Shown here: in pieces, positions 51,200 to 64,000 of the stretch | Position numbering within the stretch: position 1 is the stretch's first letter | Layout of the letters: each line of letters starts with the position of its first letter | NCBI GenBank assembly: GCA_028534125.1 | Contig: CM052817.1 | Span: forward strand, 48,052,001 to 48,116,000 | Length of the DNA stretch: 64,000 nt | Source: Lama glama | Lineage: Eukaryota | Direction: 5' to 3' | The notes under the pieces: generated by a model | Database searches by the model: none | The model's input: the letters and a program-made list of their open reading frames with translations, nothing else | Told to the model about the DNA's origin: nothing | Translations under genes and position numbers: made by a program

Positions 51200-51730
51200 C
51201 CAAAGGTAACCGTCGCAATGGCTACACCGGTTGCCATCAAGGACTCCTGCCCGATGGAAAGCTGGAGCCGCCCAACCACAGGGAAACTCATCGCAGTTAC
51301 CAAAACTGCCATGAGTGACTCAGGACACCTAACGACTGCAACCGCCTCCTCACAACATGCCTTTCTTCTCAGGTTTTCACAGATGTGATTCCATCTGGAG
51401 CTTTCCTGACACAGCAGTGCTTCACTGGCCCCCGAGCACGTGCTGAAGACAAGAAGCATAACCTTGGCAAACCCGAGCCCGTCCCGCCACTGCGCCCTCC
51501 CCGAGGAGAGGGGCGAGACCACCCGGCGCTCTGTGTGAATCGGAGGGTCTTCCGGCCGAGCCGCGGAAAAGGAAAAGCAGGTGCAATAGCACTCTTCCAT
51601 CACTGTGAGCGTGCAATAGCTACGAATGCCAAGGGAGACTGTGTGTGAGCCTCAGGGTGGAAATCAACACGATGAAAAATTCATCTCACCCGAATTTAGT
51701 TGACTCGCCTCTGTATCACACACGTGTAAG
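51200..51730. promoter_or_regulatory. CpG-rich intronic patch, candidate enhancer or weak CpG island
   Basis: About 15 CpG in 51430-51570 by hand count. AP-1 TGACTCA (~51316), E-box CACGTG (~51437), RFX-like GTCGCAATGGCTAC and GTTGCCAT (~51212-51237). Confidence 0.35.
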
Positions 51731-54700
51731 AAACGAATTAGGGGCTCATCCAGTCACAAAATGCTTCTTTCCAGATTTCATTTTAAGGCGGTCATGCCTT
51801 AGCAGTTCCAAACTTATATGTGGTTTAAGGATTTCATTCTCTTATTCTCTGACAAAAATATTTAAATTCAGGTATATCTCTACAAAAAACCAAGACTTCA
51901 AAAACAGAAATCGGGGCCATCAAGTGTATTTAAAGATAATAGGCAACAGGCAGTGCTAAAAGGGATTACAACACACTTTAGAAACTAACCTTAGGCCAGA
52001 TTCTACCAGGAGACCTAGGGATGGGTTCTCAGATAATCTAGCTAAACAGCAAGCATCATGGAAGCCGTCGCCAGATAAGATGTTACAAAGTTATGTGAGC
52101 TGGAAGCGTCTCTCTAACAATCTGCGAGGGATTTCTACATCGACTGCATCCCCTGCAATCTAGAGACTGCAATTTCACTTAAGGTTGGTCACGTAATTGT
52201 GACAGCTTTTTGCATTATTGATAATCCTGGAAAAATGAAAACAAAAAAACAAAAAAACAAAACAAGCCCTTTTAAAGTCATTGCATCACTGAGCACGGTT
52301 ATCTCCTCCAGAGTTAAAGCTAAGAGGTAAAATGATTTAAAAAAAAAAGACTTCCTAATCCTCACAGCTGATCTCACACTCACAAGAAAATTAGAACTAA
52401 CCCGCCACATTTGATAAGCATCCATGGCAGTTCTAACTTTTTTTTAAAGAACAGAAAAGGAATAAAAGGAGATAGAAAAACAAATCAATCTAAGGTAATT
52501 GGGGAAGGTAACTGGATAATGAAGGAAAGGAAGACCCTCCATAGCAACAAAATAGAGGAGATCATTTATGTCGATTTACAAGTAGATGAGCTCCAGCTAT
52601 ATATATGTATTTTCAAATCTTCTCCCCAGGTGTTTTTCTGCTTAATAAATACAACATCCAAGATGGAATATTGTTGAAGCACTGAATCACCTCAATTCTG
52701 GCCATGCTCTTTCTTCTGCTGTTAACTATTTTGAGCTATTTCTCAATAAAGCAGCCGCTACTGAAATCATCAGCACATAGGCTTGGCAGAGCCAGAGAGA
52801 GAGAGAGTGCAGTCCACAGATTTGTTTCTTCTGTTTTCCTAAAACAGAATCTCATAAAAAATATGCCCTCGAATTTTGTCACTATGTAGCTGTCACAAAG
52901 AAAACTGCTCCTCATCAGAACTCTGAACATTAAACCTGTTTCTTGTGCTGCCAGGAAGTTACACAGCCCCTGGAAGTCACCAAGCACCGTCACAACTGTT
53001 CGAATTGTATCCAGGCAGGATAATCAGTCAATCAGAAAACTTCAGTTCCAGTTGGATGGAAGTTTTTTGGGGCCAACTTGGAAAAGCATACAGAACAAGT
53101 TTGACTTTACTGCCAAGATCATTTCCAGGACACTGGCTAATTAATTGTAAAAGCTTTTTCAAAACAAATTTGAGCCTGGCAACCTTTTTTTCCCACCCAA
53201 ACAGAGAAAAGGCTGGTTAAAAAAATAAAAGCCAGGGTTTATTGTGGTTTTTGCCCTGGCTTCATCTTCTTAGCAAGTCCATTTTCTTCTTCTCACCCTA
53301 AAATGATCCCAGAGCTTTTGTATCTGAAGTCACTAAAATAGTAGGTATAGAAACTGGAAATATTAGTTGGAATTTATACTCTACCTTTGGCTATAGAGGA
53401 GATCATGGGTCAGTTACAAAGCTTCTCTTCAAATTTCTTGGTGGGAACAAAGAACAGAGTTTCGTCCTCTCTGGGGGTTAACTATGACTATTATATTAGA
53501 TAAACGAAGATGGACAGTTGCTCTTACAATGATATACTCATCAACCTCATTCTCTGGTTTTGAAAACAAAAAAGAACAAAACTCTTGAACTGAGTCTTCC
53601 CGGTTTCATCTTCAAGTGAACTTCAATGAATGTGATACATCAGTGACAGGCAACAGAGTCTGGTTTTAAGGACCAAATCACACAGGTTTCACAGCAAAAG
53701 CAACACCCCGAATCATCATGTTCCAACCTACTTCTTCTAACACTGGAATCACAACCTTATGTAATACACTTCTTAAGCCATCAAATTTCTTTGGCATACG
53801 CCCAGATTTGAAGACACCCAAGAAGGTAAGAAATCTTTCTCGGAATTTACCACCCGCTACTGACAAAATCCTGACAAGAGAAGAACTGTCCCCAGTAAAA
53901 GAAGCCTTCCAGACATTTCAGAAGAAGTGTTAGCCAGGTATTTCTAACTCTGCCTTATCCAAAATCAAGGACCCTGGCCAACCTCATAATCGGAATGGTA
54001 CTTGGCAAATATTGTATAGAGCCAAAATGTACAAAATTGTTTTGAGGGAAATTCTCAACAAGTCCTAGGGGACTGAGTTTTCCCTTTTCACGACTGGTAT
54101 GAATGTACCAGTGTAGCCAGTATTTAAGTGATCTTCTCCCACATCATCAGGTAGGCCAGTGGTAGGAGAGGGCCATCCCTACCAGCATTTAGAAGGCAAG
54201 AATTAATCTCAGTGCAGAAGGGGGAGGTAATTAGGCAGAAACAAAGCAGAGTCTCTCTTCTGGGAAACACATGTAAGTTAAGATGGGAAAGATAACACCA
54301 GATGTCAGAGAATCTTAAAAAGTCAGGGAATTCTGAATGTTACGTAACTTGGTAAGAAGCCGTTATACACTTTTGATCCAGGGGAGAGATATAAGGGCAA
54401 TAATATAAAAAGTGTATTGAGTTGGGAGAAAATGGAAACAGGATTAATTCCAAAGTCTTTTCTAGCAATCTGTTCTGAGATGATGAAGGCCCCATTAGGG
54501 GGCTGCTGGTGAGAAGGAGAAGGAAGAAAGAATCAAAAGCCACCTCACAAGAAGGAACATAATTTCACCTTTCCTGTGCTTTTTAGAATTCATCAATGTC
54601 TAAAAATCTCTGTCAGTTAAAGAGGAACATTGTGGAAAATAAGGCTTCACTGCCTTACGGATATATAATTCAGATTTCTTTATTTATTCAGGTAGAATTT

Positions 54701-54999
54701 TCAGTCAGTTAGTGCAAATAACTCTTTTCATCTTTTAATGTAAAGTGCAAAATTTATACCTACTCCCCATTTTCTGCTAATGTCAAGCCCAGATACCCAA
54801 CCCAACTGGGAAAGCGGCCCAGTTTCTACCACACTCTTTATAAAGGAGAGCAAATTGAGATTCAAACCCTAATTGTTTTCCATTTCAAATAGGCTGCTTA
54901 CTATGTCTTTTAATACAGAAACAAATACACAACAATAGCTTTGCCTGAAGTGTCCCCCCAACGTTAGCAATTGCCAACATTTCCTAGCCCTCAACAGTT

Positions 55000-55180
55000 T
55001 GCCAAAGCACTTTGTTCATAAATTATCTTATTTAATCCTCACAGTCAACCTGAGGTAGGAATTATCATCACTACCTTAAAGCTGAGAGAACTGTAGCTCC
55101 AAGATTTAAACGCCCAAGTGAATACACTGTTCAGAGCTGGAGTCAAGACTAATTCTTATCTTCTAAACTTCAAGTCCCTT
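55000..55180 (-). mobile_element. MIR fragment
   Basis: aaagcactttg...atcttatttaatcctcacagtcaacctgaggtaggaattatcatc...cagagctggagtcaa. Confidence 0.75.
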
Positions 55181-55322
55181 CCCCCAGAGAAAGGGAAAAA
55201 GAACCCATCTACCCATACTGGTTCAGTTCAGGTCAGGGGACCGTCATTTCTAACCTCTCCCCAGCATCTTCCAGGTATACATTTAGTCTCGCAGTTCAAA
55301 GAAGCAAGAATTCTTTGCTTAC

Positions 55323-55399
55323 CTGGTCTTTCTCTGGTTTATCAGAAATGTCATTCAGACTGGAAGAAGTCAGATTCCTGTGAGTCATGGCGGGGCTGC
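55323..55399 (-). CDS. SLC4A4: SLC4A4 coding exon (~exon 7, 77 nt): (G)[26 protein letters not shown]-terminal variable loop
   Basis: Minus strand ...ctgtttttccag|GCAGCCCCGCCATGACTCAC...GAGAAAGACCAG|gtaagc. Ends in phase 0 and joins the next exon in frame. Not in the ORF track. Confidence 0.96.
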
Positions 55400-57774
55400 C
55401 TGGAAAAACAGAAGTGAAGCCTCATTAACGACTTCTCATCAAAAACACACAGGCTCTGGCTGCACACTTCATGAAGACCAGCAGATGAGGATGGGGATGG
55501 GGATGGTGCTTCAGCTACATTAGGAGTCTCCTGAAGAGTTGGAAAGTTAGGGTAGAGTGCTAACACGGTTAAATGAAAAATGCATAAAATCTCATACACC
55601 TTGTTTAAGTCTTACTTCCTGGTTCTATTTCAAGATAAGTTAAACTTTAAAAGAAACATGTAAAACAATATGCATTAAAAATAAATTTACTCCTAGTTCT
55701 GGTTTGCCTCTTGTTTTAGCCCTTCATAGACATCCTGGTCTACCCATTTCTACTGCCCAGAGAGATGGGCTCTTTCCTCTCGTCTGAAGAGCCCGCCCCA
55801 CAGTAAAAGGCCGGGACCTCCTCTCCCCCAGCCTCTGCAGTCCTTCCCAGGGCACCCCTTGCTCAGATCGACCCCCAGAGCCATCTGCATTCCATCCTCT
55901 GGCTAACACTTTGCTCAACAGTATTTCTTGTTAGTGGACACCTGATTCAGAATCCCCACTCTTTGCCTCACAGCAGTGTTATCACAGCCCCCCTTACTTC
56001 CTGTGTTCCCATGTGCCAGACTAAAATTAAGGTACCCCTTCTTTCCCCCTTAACATGCCAAACTTCTTATCCAAGGCCAGGGATGGATTTCATCAGCAAT
56101 ACTCCACAGGAACCAAGCTCCCCGGCAGTGGAGCTGCTGTAGGTAAAGTCCATGGGCAATCCATCCCGTGACTTCGACATGGTTATTTGAGAGCACGGAG
56201 GAAGGAGATCAAGGAAAAGGAGAGACTATTTTCAAGCAGACTGGTTAATAAACAGAATACTGAGCTTTCATTCTGCAGTTGGACCTGAAATTTCTAGGCT
56301 CACTAAGCAAAAGAGTAACTTTTCAAAGCCAGGGTGTTTGACCCGCCCCTGGAGGACGCTGAGTAATGTGTTCACCATCTAATCCTCAGAGATCTGACTC
56401 AGGCTGGTCTTCGCATCAAGAGGACAAGGGTTGAAAAAACAAGCACCCAAGTTCGAACACAGCTTCACACTTGCTTCCACATAATTCTTTAGATTACAGA
56501 CTTCTCTTCCTTCAGACCGAAACCTCAACACATAATTTTACAAAAGACTAAAATCAACCCCTAATAATTTAATGTCTATGTAACAGCAGTTCTTTAAATA
56601 ATATAATTGTTTTTAACTACTAGATCAATTTTCTTGAGCTGGCAAAACAGAATATTTTCCACTCTGCTGCATTTCATTGAATAAGCATGGCCTAGCTCTC
56701 CTAAACCCTTTACCTGGTGAGATGTTTTATTTCAGGAAAATTTGAGTACAGGGCATTTTTCAAAGGAAAGTAACATCTGAAAAACTGCTCTGTGAGCAAA
56801 ATTAAAAGGACCTCTTTGAAAGCCACATTTTCTTCTCTGAACTGCCTACCAGGTTGCTAGTGTCCACTCAAGACAAAAGGCACCAGGTACAAACACGAAT
56901 GCCCCCAAATAACGCTGGGCTTGAAGCTAATGGGAGACAGTGAGTGCATACGATTTTGTACTTTACATTAAAAAGCAAAATCAGTTTTTTAGATTAAATG
57001 GGTGAAAATTCTCCCTGAATAAGTAAAGAAATCTGAACTGTATTTTCTTAAAGCAATGAAGTCTTAGCAATCCTAATCATAAATTAATGGCAGTTTATGT
57101 AAATGAATAGATAAGACTGATTTCTAATATCAAGTCAATTCTATGTAAGCAGCAACACTGAAATGAATTTGAAAGCAGCTTTTCACTAAGTAATTGAAAT
57201 TTCCTGGGCAATAGTCTAAGTTCACTGATTTGCTTTGGAAATTCTTTGTAAATACTGCAGTGGTACATGTCAACCCAAGCACCGTCCTAACTGCTGCAAA
57301 ATCTGAACAGGTAGAAGCCAAATGAGTAAGGTTTCCACTATAGTGGTAATCCTGACTGATGTCACAACTTTTCCAAGAAACCTCATATACAGTCTCAATA
57401 TTTCTCTCATTTCTGAAAGACAGTTACAGCGTAGCTATCTGTATTTGTACTCCATGGAGGGAGCAGAGAACAGCATGAGGCCAAGGCAGATACAGGAACC
57501 AGATGGGGAAGAGGAGGCCTGTGTTAAGAAATAATCAGATCTATTGTCCCTCCCAACTTTATCTGATTCTCATTAATAGAAGTAATATTAACACCTTCAC
57601 TGATGTTTAACTTTGTAATACACTGAAGGAATTCAGAAGTCAACACTTCTGGGTAAACCTTAAGCAAGATGATCAGCATTCTCACATCTCTTCCCACCTC
57701 CCTCCCTAGCAAACTCTCCACCCCTCCCCTCTAATGCCCTGAACCAGAGACAAATGCTTCCCAATGTTCTGAAT

Positions 57775-57953
57775 CAGTGGTTCCCAAAGTGCGGTTCCCA
57801 GAGCAGCAGCAGCAGCAGCAGCAGCCGGTGAGCACATGATAAAAATGCAAATTCTTGGGACTCACCGCAGACCAACTATATCCAACTCAGCAATGGGGGT
57901 TTTAACAAACCTTCAAAATGATTTTAAAGTAAGCTAAAGTTGGAGAGCCACTG
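57775..57953 (+). mobile_element. MER5A-like hAT element containing an (AGC)8 repeat
   Basis: TIRs cagtggttcccaaagtg ... aaagttggagagccactg, internal aaatgcaaattcttggg. Degenerate 8-bp TSD ttctgaat/ctctaaat. Confidence 0.85.
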
Positions 57954-59169
57954 CTCTAAATAAACCAGTTATCTTAACCAGAGGGTATGTCCTAGTGTGT
58001 CCTTGCTCCCAACTATGATACTGCAAGCACATTATGAAATTAGCATCCCTGCCACATATCCACACACCAAAAGATCATATGTGGTCTTTCCTCTAAATCC
58101 TCACCTATGCAATCAAATAAATACATTACTCTGTTTTCAAAACTCACTGTTTCATCAGCCTTTTCCAGAAACATATCACCCAACTCAAAGAAGACAAGGA
58201 CAAGCGCCAAGAGGTTACAAACCAAATTCTCTCTGGGAATCAGAAATTTCTGTGTGGCACGTCAGCCAACCTGGGATGCTGTTGCACAACAGGTCCCTGA
58301 CAACGTCCTACTGTGGATATTTTGCACTTAACAGTCAATAAGACACACTGGCAGAGTAAATCAGTGCTTTCTCTTTAGAGTTTAGGCTGATGATGTAGAC
58401 TCATTATACTGCAATCCTGAGCGAGTTGGGGTGGCAGGGGAAAATGTCACCTTGCACAAAAAAGGTGAAATACAAGACTACCCAAAAGTATGCTACTCCT
58501 TGTGCAGGTAATGATTCCTCTACTCAAAGCTACCACTAGCAGACCTTTTCTGTCTAAAAACCCAGGTCATATGAATGTCTCATAACTGCTCTTGGTCCAA
58601 AGAAACTTTGTTTTTTTTCAGTTTGATTTTTAAAAAAAGAAGAAAAAGAAAAAGAACCAGCCTCAAGTGTACAATCATAATTAATTTCCATACCACTGTA
58701 TTTTGGCCTTAAGAAAAAGAAAGCTTTGGAGAATCACATTTTCAAGCAGTTTCACACAATCAAAAACAATTTCATTTTCAAAGTACTCACTTGGCAGGTA
58801 CATCCTGTCTTCTCTAAAAATTAATTGCATTCTGTACTAAGTTTGAAAATCACTGTTAGTCTTTTTAGCACACATGTAGCAATGCATAAAGTCTTTTGCA
58901 ATTGTATCTACTAGATACAATAAAGAGGGGTAAGGAGAATGTATAGCAAAGGATGACGGTGATACTCATATTTGTACATATTAGATAAAAATGTAAACAC
59001 ACATGTAACACAATGACACATAAGCTGACCCCTCACCTCATACCAGTATAATGAGCCTACACACTGTTCTCTGTACCCTCACTGACTCACTCATACTCTC
59101 TTCCCCCTCTATTGACATAATAAATCTACTAGAAAATGTTCATATCTAAGATGAGGGGTCAACTAATCT

Positions 59170-59360
59170 TTTTGAGTACTAAGTACTTTAATTTTCATTA
59201 TTTTACTTAATCCTCATAAAAACACTCTGAGATTAGTATTATTATTTTTAACACTTTATACATAAGCAAAAGGAACTTCAAGGAGGTTAAGTGCATGATC
59301 ACACAGCAAGTGGTAAAGCTAACATTTAACTCTGGATCTCTGAATACCAATCCCACTGCC
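59170..59360 (-). mobile_element. MIR fragment
   Basis: ttaatcctcataaaaacactctgaga...gaggttaagtg...atcacacagcaagtggtaaagct. Confidence 0.75.
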
Positions 59361-61530
59361 TCTGAGGAAAAAAAAAAACGGGTTCTCTATGTTATTTACA
59401 TAAGTAAACACATATACGTCATCATTTCTAATGAAGAGAAAATATAACGTACAACCACAAGGAATATATTCTATTCCATGCCAATTCCATGTAATATAAT
59501 TTCATGAAGGATGTTTAAGACAGAAATGTTCTCGGTTTCCAATTTAGCTCTCCTCAAAGATGAAGTCTGCATTTCTTTACTTTTTTATTTTCATAAAGAA
59601 AATAAAAGGAGAAAAATATTGAACTCTCAGCTATTCTGCCACTGTGATTGAAAAGGAGCCCCCAAACCAGAGCTCTGTGGCAGACAAGGAAGGATGCTAA
59701 AAGCAATAGCCATAAAATGCATAATGCATAAAAGCAATAATGCCACATGCTTCTGCATGTCCTAATTCACAGCCATAGGCAAGCATTTGTAACATTCCAC
59801 AAGGTACATACAGCCAATTCTCCATTATATCCATTTTGGTTTCCCCCCTTTCAAGTTACTCCAACTGCAGTTTCTTCCCATTTAAACCACTAACAACGGG
59901 AAGATAATGCGACAAGGGGAATGAATCAGTTGGGACACTCACAAGAGTCTGACTGAGATAGACTAGAAGGAATGGCTGAGATAAGCTTGGATTTTGTCAG
60001 ATGGCAACAGACCATTGAGAGCTATCCCCACCAGAAATAAAAAAAAAGCCAAGCATGTCATCACAACCTCCAACCCATTCTCATTACCCACCTCCAAGTA
60101 AATAAGAAATATTTAAAATGTAAATATGAGACTAAGGAAAGCCTAAAATATTGTCAGGAGGAGCTCTTTGAAGGAATGTCATAACTAAGAGAAAATCAAT
60201 TTGGATATTTTTGCTGGTTTCAATTTTAATTATTTTGTTCAGAGGATTTCTGCTGTTTGTTTGTGCATGATTTAATATAATGTAAACTCCAAGAGCCCAA
60301 AGCCAAGGTCATTGGTTTGTCCTGTTCACAGTCATAGCCTCGGAGCTTGGCACTAGTGGCCCTTAATAAACACTTGTGAATGAATGGATAATAGCAACTG
60401 AATATCATTTTACTTCCATTTGGGGTGACTACTAAAAACACTACTGTTCAAAGTCGATTTCCTACAGCAGGAGATGCTGTGTGCACACTCCAAGAACCTT
60501 CAGACTTGGAGAGCCTCAGAGTAAACAAGGAAGAAAGAAGTGTGTAGCTGGCCCAGAACTAACAAAATGGTAAGACCTTGCCAAGCTGGCTAAAGCCCCA
60601 TCAGTCAGCAGTGGGAACAGAGCAAAGAAGCAATGAAAAGGGAAAGGAGAAACACTTGTGGACACGAGAATGAGAGGGAAAGTAAGGGAAGGGGTCAGAA
60701 CCTCAGCGAAAGGGAAGGAGAGCCTTGGGTAGAGGAGAGTCTGAGGGAACTGAAGTAGCTCAAAGAATGCGATTGCCTGGGAAAGTAAAGCAAGTTTGGA
60801 AGAAGGAAGAAGAAAGACATCAAAAGATCCAGATAACTACAAAGCATGTGAGTCAAGTTCTAGCCAAAAGCTGAAGTCATCTCTAACGTATGGGGCCAGG
60901 ATAACGGAGCAGACATCCTTATGAGAGAGCTGGCAGTGTGCAGAGGCCAGACAGGAGCGTGGCAAACACAAAGACTATTCTCTCTTTTAAAGACCATTCT
61001 CTATCCTTTTGAGGCCTCTGCTGTCCACGTGACCCTTTGTAATCGGCCCATCCTCAACTTCCTTGACCCTGTTCCCTCCTGTTTTTGAATTTTCTGAACT
61101 AGCCTGTGGGCTTTACCCCAGATTCAGTGTTAGGGCTTGGACATCTCAATGTCAAATACACAAGGTTCATCTCTTCTAAGTCTTTTTAAAATTTTAACCA
61201 GCAAAAGCCAAATGCTCTAACCATAGTGACTCCCATTCTAATAATGTTGCACTGGACAATTAATTTTTATTATGATCTAAATTAGGTAGCTTAATTTTTT
61301 TAAGGCATTTCATTCTCTTCTTGCACATGTGCATGCACACACCCACAAATACGACATTTAAAAAATCTCTACACAGCTGAGGAAACATTCAGAAACAAAC
61401 AGGTACTAGAAAATGTACTGAAACAGGTAAAACCCCATAAAGGACTCCAGCGAATCTACAGTCCTTGTGATTATACATAGTATTCGTGACTGTAGGGTAG
61501 TTCTTTCTGTGTCTCACCTGCGTGTAAGTC

Positions 61531-61560
61531 CACACACACGTGCACACACACACACACACA
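61531..61560. repeat. (CA)n microsatellite with one interruption
   Basis: Read directly. Confidence 0.9.
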
Positions 61561-62109
61561 ATAAAAATCTATAAACCAAAAGTTACTATGTCTAAAGAAT
61601 AGAGGTGGAAGTATATAAAATAATTTGTGACCTTATCTCATGAAAGTAGGAAAAAAAAAAAAAAGAAAAAGAACTGGGCTATGCTCTCCAGTAAAAAAGA
61701 TAAGTGAGAAAAACCAACGGAAGATTATGACTGAAGGAAATGAACATCTCACTGCCTTCTTTCCAAAAAGCACTAGTCCAGAGAGATTTTACTAAATGCT
61801 CTTATGCCAAAGTTGAGGAATTTGAATAGGTCCCTGCAGCCACACCATTCCAAGCACATGTACTAGTGTCTGATTTGCTAAGTTGAACTTACACTCTCGT
61901 ATCTATTATTTTGATACCATATCCAAGATACAGTAAAATTTCACAAACTCAGATTACTGGAGCTATCTCTGAACTGATCAAGTGTCTAAATTTAAAATAA
62001 TTTAAGAAGGCTACCAATTCAACTTAGTATATGACTTGGCCTATGAGTCCCCGGGGAAAAATAAACAAAACAAACCACACATACACACAAAAAAAATCCA
62101 GCCCTTCAT

Positions 62110-63230
62110 GTAAATGAATCATCATGCAACTTCACAACACCAAGAATGAAAAGAGGATCCTAAAATTTTCCATCTAGAGACAAAAGAAGTAAGAGTTACA
62201 CTTTGGAATTCTCTTAGGCAACACAAATGGAAGAAGAGAATGGAACTTGCTTTCAAAGTTCTAGAAGAAAATTTTTTTCAACCTACAATTCTCTACTCAT
62301 ACAAATTACCAATCAAGTGTGAAAAAATAATAAGAAATTTTCAGGGAAAAAAAACAAAAAATCAACTTTTACATGTCCTTTCATGCAAAGTCACTTGAAA
62401 CGTGGTTTAGCAAAATGAAAAAATAAACTGAGGAAAAGAGATACGTGGCGTCCACCTCAGGAGACCAATTAAAGTCAGTGCCAGAGCAGCAGCTGTGCCA
62501 CAGGGGAAGGGCACAGCCGTGTCTTACAGAGCAGGAGGGTGGTCCAGGGGAGAGAGGAGCCAGCAATGAGGGAGCACCTGGGCCAAGGAAGTATCTATAG
62601 GGTTTATTAGTGTCGTTGAGGTACTGAACGAGCTTGGGAATACAGTAACAATAGGTAATTTGGGGGGAAAAATGCAATTTACAACTCCAGGTTACAAAAA
62701 CTATGTAAGAAAGAAAATGTGATTATAACCATTACACAGCTTTAGACTATATTTATATAGTCTTAATACTATAAATACTATTTATGAACTTCTGACTTTA
62801 GAGAAAACTGATAGAGAAAGCACAGAATGAATGGATAGAGACAAGAATGTAAACCTAATCAATACTGACAATAAACAGAAGTACCAGTGACAGAAATCTG
62901 GAAGTGGAAGTGGCAGGGACAGAGGCAAGGGACGGTAGGGAAGCCAATATCCTTTTCTGACACAGTAAGAAGTCAAAAGATCCCGCCCATACTTCCTACA
63001 AAAAGAAATAAATATAGGTTTATTACCTAAAATTACAAATGTAATTAATAATGGAACTAAGAATAGTGCTGGAAATGTTATTTGGAGGAAGGAGACGTGT
63101 TCAAAATCGGTAAAATCTTTTCTAGCAAAGAAAAAATTAAAAGATGAAGCAAAGGAGTTTGCTCTTCATTAGAAGTCCTTCTGTGCTCTTCAACTTCATA
63201 ACCATTTGCATGTAATACTTTAATAAAAAC
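62110..63230 (+). mobile_element. HAL1 / ancient L1 ORF1-derived element
   Basis: ORF1 C-terminal-like aatggaacttgctttcaaagttctagaagaaaat...caacctacaattctctac...caatcaagtgtga, followed by aaaataaactgaggaaaagagatacgtgg...cagctgtgc and no ORF2, as in HAL1. Confidence 0.6.
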
Positions 63231-64000
63231 ATAATACATATGTCTATTTATCCTATAATAAAGTTAATTAATTAAGCTACTATTATTATTTTAAGTCCCT
63301 GAGATTAAGCTGAAACATTACAGACTAGTAGCAATCTTGGGAGTTTTAATTAAATCAAAATTTCAATACAAACATGGAGATCAAGATTTTAAAAGAGGTT
63401 AAAGTCAATTTTTAAGTAGTTTTAAAAACATGCTCCATGAAACAATATTTACACTATTTTTTTAAATTATGGCAAGGGAAATTTTTCCTGAAGGCTCTGT
63501 CAGAATTATCAAATTCACCTCAATAGCTTTAGTCACCCAAATCCCTTGTACATGAAAAGCATATGCAGGGAGAAAAAAAAGGATGTCCATAAAAGTAAGC
63601 CATTTAACAGACGCACAGATCCTACATCTGCAGCCAAATAAATATATAGATATGGATGTCAATACCACTGCTGATGTAGATTTAGTTTATTAGCTTTATA
63701 TATGGAGACAGAGATAGATATAAAGGTTTAAAAGAATAACAGACACACTCTCTGGGCCGCCAGCTACAAACGTAGCTGCTCCTGGTTTATGGCTCACAAG
63801 CTGTGACCTGGAGAAAAGCTAGTTAAATTGGCTTCCTAGTGCAGTAACTCCTCATGGTCTTGCTGATGCACATCCAACTAGCTGATAGACATTGGGCAAC
63901 CAGTGGTCACAGATCACCCACAGCTCAGACAGCAGCCTCCAGGAAAGGAGGGAGCAAGGATCTCTGGGCCCATCATGTCCCTGTCACCTAAGTGGTCCTG

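Larger units (their letters stand above)
1..64000 (-). other. SLC4A4: Internal portion of the SLC4A4 (NBCe1) gene; the window begins and ends within introns
   Basis: Seven in-phase exons on the minus strand spell the NBCe1 peptide from [10 protein letters not shown]... to ...ERLLFNFSK. The preceding exon (...RMFxNPDNG) and following exon (DxNFDYLEFRLW...) were not found in the window. Confidence 0.97.

Noticed and set aside
51166..51603. 145-aa minus-strand ORF
   Set aside because: A by-product of local GC richness, with no domain similarity and no fit to the SLC4A4 frame.
1..64000. Prokaryote-type systems (CRISPR arrays, operons, IS elements, defence islands) or foreign inserts
   Set aside because: The sequence is uniformly mammalian intron/exon DNA, the tandem repeats lack spacers, and there are no long ORFs or compositional breaks suggesting an insert.

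Overview
Eukaryotic (mammalian) genomic DNA: an internal 64-kb slice of SLC4A4 (electrogenic Na+/HCO3- cotransporter NBCe1), transcribed on the minus strand. Seven consecutive coding exons can be read directly: 55323-55399, 28093-28250, 21290-21377, 18848-19002, 18104-18217, 15824-15998 and 3145-3278 (77+158+88+155+114+175+134 = 901 nt; exons 7-13 in the usual human numbering, recalled from memory). All have AG/GT boundaries and splice into one open frame covering the end of the cytosolic N-terminal domain and the first transmembrane segments. Four of the seven exons are missing from the supplied ORF track, and nearly all other track ORFs are intronic noise or decayed LINE fragments. The rest is intron containing ancient mammalian repeats (MIR, L2, L1M/HAL1, MLT1, LTR33, hAT MER elements), five tRNA-Ala-derived SINEs of the camelid vic-1 type (so the species is probably camel, alpaca or llama), and one young 5'-truncated L1 with a perfect 20-bp TSD. 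I find no convincing novel gene system. The best leads are regulatory or evolutionary hypotheses: an inverted SINE pair bracketing exons 9-12 (circRNA candidate), a recursive-splice-like AG|GTAAGA site, cryptic exons, patchy CpG gain in ancient repeats, and a CpG-rich intronic enhancer candidate. Repeat names and boundaries were recognised by eye and are approximate.
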